A DNA stretch of 30,272 bases from the sequence record ON239131. One strand, given 5' to 3'. A model generated the notes under the pieces. It was not told the origin of the DNA. It made no database searches and saw only the letters and a list, made by a program, of their open reading frames with translations. Shown here one piece after another: positions 17,256 to 25,491 of the stretch. Positions within the stretch are counted from its first letter, which is position 1, and every line of letters starts with the position of its first letter. Position numbers and translations under genes: made by a program. This DNA comes from Escherichia phage S164.

Positions 17256-19695
17256 CAATGTAAAATTACAGGTATTGCTCAGGGCTGTTGACCAGGCATC
17301 CCGCCCGTTTAAATCCATCCGTACAGCGAGCAAGTCGCTGTCGGGGGATATCCGGGAAACACAAAAATCACTGCGCGAGCTGAACGGTCAGGCATCCCGT
17401 ATTGAGGGATTTCGCAAGACCAGTGCACAGCTCGCCGTGACTGGTCATGCACTTGAAAAGGCACGGCAGGAGGCCGAAGCCCTTGCCACACAATTTAAAA
17501 ATACCGAACGTCCGACCCGTGCTCAGGCGAAAGTGCTGGAATCAGCAAAGCGTGCGGCGGAGGACTTACAGGCGAAATATAACCGCCTGACGGATTCCGT
17601 TAAACGCCAGCAGCGGGAGCTGGCCGCTGTGGGAATTAATACCCGCAATCTTGCACATGATGAGCAGGGACTGAAAAACCGTATCAGTGAAACCACCGCA
17701 CAGCTTAACCGTCAGCGCGACGCGCTGGCGCGTGTCAGTGCGCAACAGGCAAAACTTAACGCAGTCAAACAGCGTTATCAGGCCGGAAAGGAACTGGCCG
17801 GAAATATGGCCTCAGTAGGCGCTGCCGGTGTGGGGATTGCGGCGGCGGGAACGATGGCCGGAGTTAAGTTGCTGATGCCCGGTTATGAGTTTGCGCAGAA
17901 AAACTCAGAATTGCAGGCTGTGCTCGGTGTGGCAAAAGACTCCGCCGAAATGGCTGCACTACGCAAGCAGGCGCGCCAGCTCGGCGACAACACCGCCGCC
18001 TCAGCGGATGATGCGGCCGGTGCGCAGATTATCATTGCGAAAGCGGGTGGAGATGCTGCGGCTATTCAGGCGGCAACGCCGGTCACGCTGAATATGGCAC
18101 TGGCGAATCAGCGGTCGATGGAAGAAAACGCGCAACTGTTGCTGGGGACTAAAGCATCTTTTCAACTGTCAAATGATGATGTCAGCCATGTGGGCGATGT
18201 GTTGTCGGCAACGATGAATAAGTCGGCGGCTGATTTTCAGGGACTTAGTGATGCACTGACTTATCTTGGCCCGGTCGCAAGAACGGCAGGTGTAAGTCTT
18301 GAGCAGGCAGCGGCCATGACAGGTGTGCTGCATGACAATAACATCAGGGGGTCAATGGCGGGTACGGGTAGCAGTGCCGTTGTCACCCGATTACAGGCAC
18401 CGACTGGAAAAGCATGGGATGCACTCAAAGAGCTTGGCGTTAAAACCTCGGACAAAAAGGGAAATATGCGTCCGTTGTTCACCATTCTGAAAGAGATTCA
18501 GGCCAGCTTTGATAAACACAAGCTGGGAACGTCTCAGAAGGGGGAATACCTTAAAACCATTTTTGGTGAGGAAGCCCTGAAATCAGCGAACGTTTTACTG
18601 GCAGCGGCAGCAAGCGGAAAACTGGATACGCTGACCGCCACGCTGAAAGCCTCGGACGGTAAAACGGAAGAGCTGGTTAAAATCATGCAGGATAACCTCG
18701 GCGGTGACTTTAAGGAGTTTCAGTCCGCTTATGAGGCGGTGGGGACTGACCTGTTTGACCAGCAGGAAGGCGCACTGCGTAAGCTCACTCAGACGGCCAC
18801 AAAGTATGTGTTAAAACTCGACGGCTGGATCCAGAAAAACAAATCACTGGCGTCAACCATCGGCCTCATTGTCGGTGGCGCGCTGGCGCTTATTGGCATC
18901 ATCGGTGCCATTGGTCTTGTAGCCTGGCCGGTTATCACCGGCATCAATGCCATCATCGCGGCAGCAGGCGCAATGGGGGCAATCTTCACGACGGTTGGTA
19001 GTGCCGTTATGACGGCCATCGGGGCGATTAGCTGGCCGGTTGTGGCCGTGGTGGCCGCCATTGTCGCCGGGGCGTTGCTTATCCGTAAATACTGGGAGCC
19101 TGTCAGCGCATTCTTTGGCGGTGTGGTTGAAGGGCTGAAAGCGGCATTTGCGCCGGTGGGGGAACTGTTCACGCCACTTAAGCCGGTGTTTGACTGGCTG
19201 GGCGAAAAGTTACAGGCCGCGTGGCAGTGGTTTAAAAACCTGATTGCCCCGGTTAAAGCCACCCAGGACACCCTGAACCGTTGCCGTGATACGGGTGTCA
19301 TGTTCGGGCAGGCACTGGCTGACGCGCTGATGCTGCCGCTTAATGCGTTCAACAAACTGCGCAGCGGTATTGACTGGGTACTGGAAAAACTCGGTGTCAT
19401 CAACAAAGAGTCAGACACACTTGACCAGACCGCCGCCAGAACTCATGCCGCCACGTATGGCACCGGTGGTTATATTCCGGCGACCAGCTCTTATGCAGGC
19501 TATCAGGCTTATCAGCCGGTCACGGCACCGGCTGGCCGCTCTTATGTAGACCAGAGTAAAAACGAATATCACATCAGCCTGACGGGTGGTACTGCGCCGG
19601 GGACACAGCTTGACCGCCAGTTACAGGATGCGCTCGAAAAATACGAGCGGGATAAACGTGCGCGCGCCCGTGCCAGCATGATGCATGACGGTTAA
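17248..19695 (+). CDS. T: Tail tape measure protein
   Basis: 815 aa. It has an alpha-helical N-terminal part and glycine/alanine-rich hydrophobic segments, and it sits in the P2 gpT position. Confidence 0.93.
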   Translation: MSNNVKLQVLLRAVDQASRPFKSIRTASKSLSGDIRETQKSLRELNGQASRIEGFRKTSAQLAVTGHALEKARQEAEALATQFKNTERPTRAQAKVLESAKRAAEDLQAKYNRLTDSVKRQQRELAAVGINTRNLAHDEQGLKNRISETTAQLNRQRDALARVSAQQAKLNAVKQRYQAGKELAGNMASVGAAGVGIAAAGTMAGVKLLMPGYEFAQKNSELQAVLGVAKDSAEMAALRKQARQLGDNTAASADDAAGAQIIIAKAGGDAAAIQAATPVTLNMALANQRSMEENAQLLLGTKASFQLSNDDVSHVGDVLSATMNKSAADFQGLSDALTYLGPVARTAGVSLEQAAAMTGVLHDNNIRGSMAGTGSSAVVTRLQAPTGKAWDALKELGVKTSDKKGNMRPLFTILKEIQASFDKHKLGTSQKGEYLKTIFGEEALKSANVLLAAAASGKLDTLTATLKASDGKTEELVKIMQDNLGGDFKEFQSAYEAVGTDLFDQQEGALRKLTQTATKYVLKLDGWIQKNKSLASTIGLIVGGALALIGIIGAIGLVAWPVITGINAIIAAAGAMGAIFTTVGSAVMTAIGAISWPVVAVVAAIVAGALLIRKYWEPVSAFFGGVVEGLKAAFAPVGELFTPLKPVFDWLGEKLQAAWQWFKNLIAPVKATQDTLNRCRDTGVMFGQALADALMLPLNAFNKLRSGIDWVLEKLGVINKESDTLDQTAARTHAATYGTGGYIPATSSYAGYQAYQPVTAPAGRSYVDQSKNEYHISLTGGTAPGTQLDRQLQDALEKYERDKRARARASMMHDG

Positions 19696-19709
19696 GGAGG
19701 TGACGAAAA

Positions 19710-20189
19710 ATGATGCTCGCGTTAGGTATGTTTGTTTTTATGCGCCAGACGCTGCCACACCAGACCATGCAGCGTGAATCAGATTATCGCTGGCCGTCAA
19801 ATTCCCGTATCGGTAAACGGGATGCCTTTCAGTTTCTCGGTGTTGGCGAGGAAAACATCACGCTTGCCGGTGTGCTTTATCCCGAGCTGACCGGCGGAAA
19901 GCTGACGATGACTACGCTCAGGCTGATGGCAGAGGAAGGCCGGGCGTGGCCGTTGCTGGATGGCACCGGCATGATTTACGGCATGTATGTCATCAGCAGG
20001 GTGAGTGAAACAGGGAGTATTTTCTTTGCAGACGGCACACCCAGAAAAATTGATTTTACGCTGTCGCTCACCCGCGTTGATGAATCACTGGCCGCGCTTT
20101 ATGGCGATATCGGTAAACAGGCGGAATCGCTCATCGGTAAGGCTGGCAGTATGGCGACTAAATTCACGGGTATGACGGGGGCGGGATAA
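19710..20189 (+). CDS. U: Tail protein U
   Basis: 159 aa, with P2 gpU sequence and position. Confidence 0.9.
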   Translation: MMLALGMFVFMRQTLPHQTMQRESDYRWPSNSRIGKRDAFQFLGVGEENITLAGVLYPELTGGKLTMTTLRLMAEEGRAWPLLDGTGMIYGMYVISRVSETGSIFFADGTPRKIDFTLSLTRVDESLAALYGDIGKQAESLIGKAGSMATKFTGMTGAG

Positions 20190-21352
20190 TGCTGGATGCG
20201 CTGACATTTGATGCAGGCAGTACGCTGACGCCGGATTACATGCTGATGCTCGACAGCAGGGATATTACCGGCAATATCAGCGACCGTCTGATGAGTATGA
20301 CCCTGACGGATAGCCGGGGCTTTGAGGCTGACCAGCTTGATATTGAACTGAACGATGCCGACGGGCAGGTCGGGCTGCCGGTTCGTGGCGCTGTCCTGAC
20401 GGTGTATATCGGCTGGAAAGGTTTTGCCCTGGTATGTAAAGGGAAATTCACCGTTGATGAGGTTGAACACCGGGGCGCACCGGATGTGGTCACCATCCGC
20501 GCCCGGAGTGCAGATTTTCGCGGGACGCTCAATTCCCGCCGTGAAGGCTCCTGGCATGACACCACGCTCGGTGCGATTGTTGAGGCGATTGCCTCCCGTA
20601 ACAGGCTGGAAGCCAGTGTCGCTCCGTCACTGGCCGGAATTAAAATCCCGCACATCGACCAGTCGCAGGAGTCTGATGCTAAATTCCTGACCCGTCTTGC
20701 TGAACGCAACGGCGGTGAGGTGTCGGTAAAAATGGGAAAACTGCTGTTTCTCAAAGCGGGGCAGGGGGTGACGGCCAGCGGTAAAAAAATCCCGCAGGTC
20801 ACCATCACCCGCAGCGACGGTGACCGCCATCATTTTGCGATTGCTGACCGTGGAGCCTACACCGGCGTAACGGCAAAGTGGTTACACACCAAAGACCCGA
20901 AGCCGCAAAAGCAGAAGGTAAAACTGAAACGCAAAAAGAAAGAGAAACACCTGCGCGCACTGGAGCACCCGAAAGCGAAACCGGTCACGCAGAAGAAAGC
21001 GCCAAAAGTACCGGAAGCGCGCGAAGGTGAATACATGGCAGGTGAGGCTGACAATGTTTTTGCCCTGACCACGGTATATGCCACGAAAGCGCAGGCCATG
21101 CGCGCCGCTCAGGCGAAGTGGGATAAACTGCAACGGGGCGTTGTGGAGTTCTCCATCAGCCTGGCTACCGGTCGGGCTGATATTTACACGGAAACACCGG
21201 TTAAAGTGTCAGGCTTTAAGCGCGTCATAGACGAGCAGGACTGGACAATCACTAAGGTGACACATTTTCTGAATAATAGCGGCTTCACGACGTCCTTAGA
21301 GCTTGAGGTCAGGCTTTCTGATGTGGAGTACGAAACAGAAGATGATGAGTGA
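20189..21352 (+). CDS. D: Tail/baseplate hub protein D (late control D family)
   Basis: 387 aa, in the P2 gpD position. It contains the lysine-rich internal stretch KPQKQKVKLKRKKKEKHL. Confidence 0.9.
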   Translation: MLDALTFDAGSTLTPDYMLMLDSRDITGNISDRLMSMTLTDSRGFEADQLDIELNDADGQVGLPVRGAVLTVYIGWKGFALVCKGKFTVDEVEHRGAPDVVTIRARSADFRGTLNSRREGSWHDTTLGAIVEAIASRNRLEASVAPSLAGIKIPHIDQSQESDAKFLTRLAERNGGEVSVKMGKLLFLKAGQGVTASGKKIPQVTITRSDGDRHHFAIADRGAYTGVTAKWLHTKDPKPQKQKVKLKRKKKEKHLRALEHPKAKPVTQKKAPKVPEAREGEYMAGEADNVFALTTVYATKAQAMRAAQAKWDKLQRGVVEFSISLATGRADIYTETPVKVSGFKRVIDEQDWTITKVTHFLNNSGFTTSLELEVRLSDVEYETEDDE

Positions 21353-21370
21353 TGTTTTTATTTTATCTGT

Positions 21371-21399
21371 TTGTTTTATAAGGATAAATTGACTAAAAT
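21371..21399 (+). promoter_or_regulatory. Candidate sigma70 promoter of ogr
   Basis: TTGTTT (21371..21376), a 17-nt spacer, then TAAAAT (21394..21399). It lies 35 nt upstream of the ogr ATG. Confidence 0.45.
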
Positions 21400-21433
21400 G
21401 GCACCATCAACAAAACCGGAAGAGGTGCTCGCG

Positions 21434-21652
21434 ATGTTTCATTGTCCTTTATGCCAGCATGCCGCACATGCGCGTACAAGCCGCTATATCACTGACACGA
21501 CAAAAGAGCGTTATCACCAGTGTCAGAACGTGAATTGCAGCGCCACGTTCATCACTTATGAGTCGGTACAGCGATACATCGTGAAGCCGGGAGAAGTCCA
21601 CGCCGTCAGGCCGCACCCGTTGCCGTCAGGGCAGCAAATTATGTGGATGTAA
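21434..21652 (+). CDS. ogr: Late-gene transcription activator Ogr (Cys4 zinc finger)
   Basis: 72 aa starting at MFHCPLCQHAAHARTSRYITDTTKERYHQCQNVNCSATF, with a CxxC...CxxxxC zinc motif. It matches my memory of P2 Ogr. The longer track ORF start at 21371 was rejected. Confidence 0.92.
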   Translation: MFHCPLCQHAAHARTSRYITDTTKERYHQCQNVNCSATFITYESVQRYIVKPGEVHAVRPHPLPSGQQIMWM

Positions 21653-21664
21653 TTACAAACAGAA

Positions 21665-21690
21665 AGCCCCTCAGTCGAGGGGCTTTTTTT
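21665..21690 (+). terminator. Rho-independent terminator after ogr
   Basis: GCCCCTC-agtc-GAGGGGC at 21666..21683, followed by TTTTTTT at 21684..21690. Confidence 0.85.
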
Positions 21691-21868
21691 GTCGATGTGG
21701 TCAATGTGTGGACGTGACCAGAAATAAATCCTTTTATTTCATGCAATTAGATATCAAAAAATGTCACCAATAACTGACTTGGTAGCCCCCGCCGCAGCGG
21801 TATTTTCTGTTGTATTACAATTAGTTAAATTACTCATATCGCTTCAATTGGCTCTAGTTAACTCTGGT
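21691..21868. other. attP: attP region (core not pinpointed)
   Basis: Non-coding, AT-rich gap between the ogr terminator and the 3' end of int, as in P2. It contains direct TGTGG(T/A)C repeats (GATGTGGTCAATGTGTGGACG, about 21693..21713) and an 8-bp inverted repeat, GAAATAAA-tcct-TTTATTTC, at 21721..21740. I did not see the P2 core sequence I remember. Confidence 0.55.
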
Positions 21869-22864
21869 TTATGGACGCATTATGGACATTCCTGACACCG
21901 GGTTAAGAGTCACAGCATCTTGTAAGAAATCCGGTGCAAAGTGTGCGTAGGTCATAGTTTGCTGAATGTTAGAATGACCCAGGATGCGCTGCAATGTGAT
22001 TATGTTACCTCCATTCATTATAAAATGTGTGGCAAATGTATGCCTCAAAACATGCACTGCCTGTCCGTCAGGTAAATCGGGTTTTACTTCCCTGAGAGCG
22101 TTGCGCACTTTGTAGTAACTGGCATTAAAAAGCCTGCCTGAATTTTTGGTCTTGATCCGTTTAATCAGGTCCTGCGAAACGGGAATTGTCCTGCGCTTTC
22201 CGTTTTTAGTTTTCATAAACGTAACCATCTGGTTAATGATGTGTTCAGCTTTCAAATTAGACACTTCACTCCAGCGTCCACCAGTAGAAAGGCAGACCAG
22301 AGTTGCATTTAACTCATCACCATCAAGCATGGATAACAGCCGCGTAATCTCTTCACTGGACAAAAAAGCCATTTCCGTAACAGCTTCACGTAACCGCTTA
22401 ACCTCACGGAACGGGTTGTGAGAGTGATATTCACCGGCGTCAATTAACTTGGTGAACATCCCGCTCATTATTGCCAGATGCCGATTTACGCTGGCTGGTT
22501 TTAGGCCATCGTTCATCATTACAACGCGATAATCAGTTATCGTTTTCTTTGTTAGCTGGTCCGCCCTGGACACTCCCATCTCGGCAAATTTGGCGATTAT
22601 TGTCGTCAAACGCCCTCGTTCAATATCTCCACGCTCATGTGATTTTCCGTGATATATCCACCATCTGCCTAACAACTCTGTAAGAGTTCGGCGGTCGGCC
22701 GGCTTCTCCAACCACTCTTTGTTGTGGTAGTTAACCAGGACATGACGTTCGAATGCTTGAGCTTCACCTTTAGTTTTAAATTTCCGCCTGATACGTTTTC
22801 CATCTGCACCCTGCGGTCTGACGTCCACTTCATAACGACCATCATCGAGCTTTTTAATAGACAT
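21869..22864 (-). CDS. int: Tyrosine integrase
   Basis: 331 aa, collinear with P2 Int (MSIKKLDDGRYEVDVRP...; C-terminal HVLRHTFATHFIMNGGNIITLQRILGHSNIQQTMTYAHF with the R..HxxR..Y catalytic pattern) but clearly diverged in between. A GGAGGG Shine-Dalgarno sequence lies upstream. Confidence 0.92.
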   Translation of the reverse strand: MSIKKLDDGRYEVDVRPQGADGKRIRRKFKTKGEAQAFERHVLVNYHNKEWLEKPADRRTLTELLGRWWIYHGKSHERGDIERGRLTTIIAKFAEMGVSRADQLTKKTITDYRVVMMNDGLKPASVNRHLAIMSGMFTKLIDAGEYHSHNPFREVKRLREAVTEMAFLSSEEITRLLSMLDGDELNATLVCLSTGGRWSEVSNLKAEHIINQMVTFMKTKNGKRRTIPVSQDLIKRIKTKNSGRLFNASYYKVRNALREVKPDLPDGQAVHVLRHTFATHFIMNGGNIITLQRILGHSNIQQTMTYAHFAPDFLQDAVTLNPVSGMSIMRP

Positions 22865-22957
22865 AAAGCCCTCCGATGACGCTGTTTACTTCTACTACTT
22901 GAAAATTAATGCAATTTTCTTTCGTACATTTACTGCACACATATGCTGAATAAATCG

Positions 22958-23269
22958 TCAGCCAGTCTTTTGGTCTGAGTGGTGCAAGGTTGTTGAGTCT
23001 TGCCCAATGTGCGCGAGCGCCGGGGCTATTTGTCCGCCAGCGGGATCAGTTTCATCAAACATGAACCAGTCACGGTACTTGCGAAATCTTTCTGGCTTGA
23101 AAAATTTCATACCTGCGTCAAAAGACATCTTTACTTTTCCCTGCTCATATCCAGCATAGGTGTTGTAGTTAATTCCAGTTAATTCAGCAACTTGCTTCCT
23201 TGTCATTCTTTCTGATTCCCGAATAAGTGCGAGTTTCTCTGCTTGAGATGTGATTTGTGTATTTGACAT
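22958..23269 (-). CDS. C: Immunity repressor (P2 C-type, HTH)
   Basis: 103 aa. It has an HTH region (MTRKQVAELTGINYNTYAGYEQG) and a C-terminal GQIAPALAHIGQDSTTLHHSDQKTG that resembles the end of P2 C as I remember it. It is divergent from cox. Confidence 0.85.
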   Translation of the reverse strand: MSNTQITSQAEKLALIRESERMTRKQVAELTGINYNTYAGYEQGKVKMSFDAGMKFFKPERFRKYRDWFMFDETDPAGGQIAPALAHIGQDSTTLHHSDQKTG

Positions 23270-23291
23270 GAATTGTCGCGTAATTTATGTT
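23263..23291 (+). promoter_or_regulatory. Candidate early promoter Pe with a flanking inverted-repeat operator
   Basis: TTGACA (23263..23268), a 17-nt spacer, then TATGTT (23286..23291). The inverted repeat TGTCGC (23274..23279) / GCGACA (23296..23301) is centred on the -10 element. The -35 element overlaps the C start codon. Confidence 0.5.
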
Positions 23292-23368
23292 GTATGCGAC
23301 ACGCCAGAACAACGCAGAGCGGCTTCAAATAGCTCTGATTGAATGGCACCAAAGTTGAGGATATCAAA

Positions 23369-23725
23369 ATGAGTATTGGATCAGAAATGAATAACGATGT
23401 TGGAGAAAAAGTATCTGATCTCACAAAAAGTAAAAAATGTGACATCAAACTTGCAGCCGCACCGTCGGATTTGCTCTCGAAAGAGGGTTTTGCTCTTTAC
23501 ATCGGTAAGACGCCTCGTGCTGTTGCTGAAATGGCGAAAGCAGGCAAGTTACCAGCCTTTTATATGACGGACCCATTAAAGCCGGGCGGTCATGCTGAGT
23601 TATGGATTAATCGTCGTGAGTGGGACAAGTACGCAGCCCAGCTAGTTGATGAAGCTCCGACAGAATGGCATGACTGGAAAAATCGCATTAGTTACAGCAA
23701 ATCAAGACATGGCCGTGCGGCTTAA
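23369..23725 (+). CDS. cox: Cox-like excisionase / Pc repressor with an N-terminal extension
   Basis: ATG at 23369 with a GAGGA Shine-Dalgarno sequence 8 nt upstream; 118 aa. Residues ~40-110 (FALYIGKTPRAVAEMAKAGKLPAFYMTDPLKPGGHAELWINRREWDKY) parallel P2 Cox (FAKLIGKSTGAVRRMIDKGKLPVIDMTDP...). It is the first gene of the rightward early operon. Confidence 0.75.
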   Translation: MSIGSEMNNDVGEKVSDLTKSKKCDIKLAAAPSDLLSKEGFALYIGKTPRAVAEMAKAGKLPAFYMTDPLKPGGHAELWINRREWDKYAAQLVDEAPTEWHDWKNRISYSKSRHGRAA

Positions 23726-23735
23726 GGTGGAAAGG

Positions 23736-23906
23736 ATGAACGAGCCTCGTTGTATTGCTCAGTTATTGCGTAACGAAAGCCCCAGGGCGATTGACTTCAC
23801 CATCACCCACGGGAAGGGGCGCAAGGGAATCATTATCCGTACCAAAAAACAGAGTCCGTTAAAAAAGGCTCTGACCTTTCTGAAAAGCCGGAGGGTCTGG
23901 AAATGA
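23736..23906 (+). CDS. Small early protein (orf78 position), hypothetical
   Basis: 56 aa starting at MNEPRCIAQLL, with an AAGGTGGAAAGG Shine-Dalgarno sequence directly upstream. Its end overlaps the B start. The longer track start at 23646 lies inside cox and was not used. Confidence 0.6.
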   Translation: MNEPRCIAQLLRNESPRAIDFTITHGKGRKGIIIRTKKQSPLKKALTFLKSRRVWK

Positions 23907-24403
23907 CAGTGATGACGCTTAATCTCGTCGAAAAACAGCCAGCAGCTATGCGCCGGATAATTGGTAAGCATCTTGCCGTCCCTCGCTGGCAGGAGACATG
24001 CGATTATTATAATCAGATGATGGAACGCGAACGGCTAACGGTTTGCTTCCATGCGCAGTTAAAACAGCGTCACGCAACGATGCGTTTTGAAGAAATGAAT
24101 GATGTCGAACGTGAACGACTGGTATGTGCAATTGATGAATTGCGTGGGGCATTCTCAAAACGCCGTCAGGTTGGCGCAAGTGAGTATGCATATATTAGTT
24201 TTTTAACAGTCAGTCAGCGTCGTACTTTATTTATGCATGCCGGATTGACTGAAAAAGAATTCAACCAGCCATACTGGCGAATTAATGAAGAATCATGTTA
24301 CTGGCGTGATGCTTTATTCCGTGCATTACGTGAATTATTCAGCCTGTTTGAGTATGCACCGACAATTCTGACGTCGGTAAAACCAGAGCAATATCTGCAT
24401 TAA
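23903..24403 (+). CDS. B: Replication protein B (DnaB helicase loader)
   Basis: 166 aa, matching my memory of P2 gpB (MTVMTLNLVEKQPAAMRRIIGKHLAVPRWQ...). Confidence 0.9.
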   Translation: MTVMTLNLVEKQPAAMRRIIGKHLAVPRWQETCDYYNQMMERERLTVCFHAQLKQRHATMRFEEMNDVERERLVCAIDELRGAFSKRRQVGASEYAYISFLTVSQRRTLFMHAGLTEKEFNQPYWRINEESCYWRDALFRALRELFSLFEYAPTILTSVKPEQYLH

Positions 24404-24468
24404 GTAATTAACCAGAGTTTTTAACGCACTTAATTGTGCGGGGGGCTTCTTTTTGCCTGGAGAAAGTC

Positions 24469-24693
24469 ATGCATACAGTTTCTGAAAATCAGTGCGGTAA
24501 ATACGCATTACTGCTGCAACAGGCCAGAACCGAAGCACAGGCCGACGCAGCGACGCGCTTTTCTTCTCATCTTGACGCCATGATTCGCCACATCACAAAG
24601 GCGGAGTTATCCCGCGTGGAGATAGTCGAGCTGCTCAGTCAGGAGTCGGAAAAATTTCACAATATCGGATTGTCTCGCGGGGAGGTGCTTTGA
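24469..24693 (+). CDS. Hypothetical early protein (P2 orf80 position)
   Basis: 74 aa starting at MHTVSENQ, with a GGAGAAA Shine-Dalgarno sequence upstream. Confidence 0.7.
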   Translation: MHTVSENQCGKYALLLQQARTEAQADAATRFSSHLDAMIRHITKAELSRVEIVELLSQESEKFHNIGLSRGEVL

Positions 24694-24995
24694 TGTCCTG
24701 TTCTCGTTCAGTTGTATTACTGAATAACGCCTTAAAAATCGCCGTTATGAAAAATGGCGATTTATCTCTTATTCAACTTGGTCTTGATAAAGAAAAACGC
24801 GAAATAACTGAGTCTGTTATCGCGATTTATCAGAACGAATTAAATCTCCTGTCTGATGTGGTCAATTTACTTGTTAAACGCGCTGTATTTCACAAGCAAA
24901 TCTCCTCCGTGGATGAACTGACGAAATTAACGACAGAAATTGCCAGCTATTGCGCTGATGAATTTAAAAAACTTAACGACAAAAGGAGCTGGTAA
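24690..24995 (+). CDS. Hypothetical early protein (P2 orf81 position)
   Basis: 101 aa, with its start overlapping the upstream stop (ATGA). Confidence 0.7.
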   Translation: MMSCSRSVVLLNNALKIAVMKNGDLSLIQLGLDKEKREITESVIAIYQNELNLLSDVVNLLVKRAVFHKQISSVDELTKLTTEIASYCADEFKKLNDKRSW

Positions 24996-25219
24996 TGCCG
25001 GACAACGTAGATTTTATTCAGAAACAACAGGCTGAATTACTGGAGCGCCAGATTAACGCGGCAAGGGTAAAGCATTGCGGTGTTTCTGCGCTGGTTTGCG
25101 AAGAGTGTGACGCGCCAATACCTGCTGCCCGTCGTGCGGCTTATCCGTCAGCCACGCGTTGTGTTTCCTGCCAGTCAGTCTTTGAAGCAAAAAACAAACA
25201 TTACCGGAGAACGTCATGA
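24995..25219 (+). CDS. TraR/DksA-type C4 zinc-finger protein (P2 orf82 position)
   Basis: 74 aa. It has the pattern CEECDAPIP...RCVSC, with two CxxC pairs separated by about 20 residues. Confidence 0.8.
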   Translation: MPDNVDFIQKQQAELLERQINAARVKHCGVSALVCEECDAPIPAARRAAYPSATRCVSCQSVFEAKNKHYRRTS

Positions 25220-25491
25220 GTATTCGTATTGAAATTGGCGAACGTTATGTCGTTACCAGTGACAGCTTTCAGTTTATTCTCCACGAGAAAAAGAGAGCTG
25301 AAAGCGGTAAAAACGCCGGTCAGGAATGGCTGGCGGTGGTTGGTTATTACCCGAAATTAAGCCAGCTTGTTTCCGGCCTGATGCATCACGATATTCTGAC
25401 CGGAAGCGCAAAGTCTTTTGCTGATTTAAACGCGCAGGTTGAGCAACTCAGCAAGCGTTGTTCAGAGGCTTTTGGCTCATATGGCCGTTAA
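25216..25491 (+). CDS. Hypothetical early protein (P2 orf83 position)
   Basis: 91 aa, translationally coupled at both ends. Confidence 0.7.
   Translation: MSIRIEIGERYVVTSDSFQFILHEKKRAESGKNAGQEWLAVVGYYPKLSQLVSGLMHHDILTGSAKSFADLNAQVEQLSKRCSEAFGSYGR

Noticed and set aside
20880-21010. A lysine-rich, low-complexity stretch in D (KPQKQKVKLKRKKKEKHL...KAKPVTQKKAPK). It looks like an inserted repeat, and two antisense ORFs overlap it.
   Set aside because: It is in frame and continuous with gpD. As far as I remember, it is a normal feature of P2 gpD.
21779-21801. A possible tRNA 3' end in attP. On the minus strand the sequence reads ...GGCGGGGGCTACCA, which could hint at integration into a tRNA gene.
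   Set aside because: The sequence preceding it has no T-arm (GGTTCGAnTCC-like) and no acceptor-stem complement. It looks like a short CCGC/GCGG hairpin instead.
23341-23368. A sigma70-like promoter, TTGAAT-N17-TATCAA, just upstream of cox.
   Set aside because: Its transcript would start at or after the cox ATG at 23369 and would remove the strong GAGGA Shine-Dalgarno sequence. The upstream TTGACA-N17-TATGTT is a better Pe candidate.
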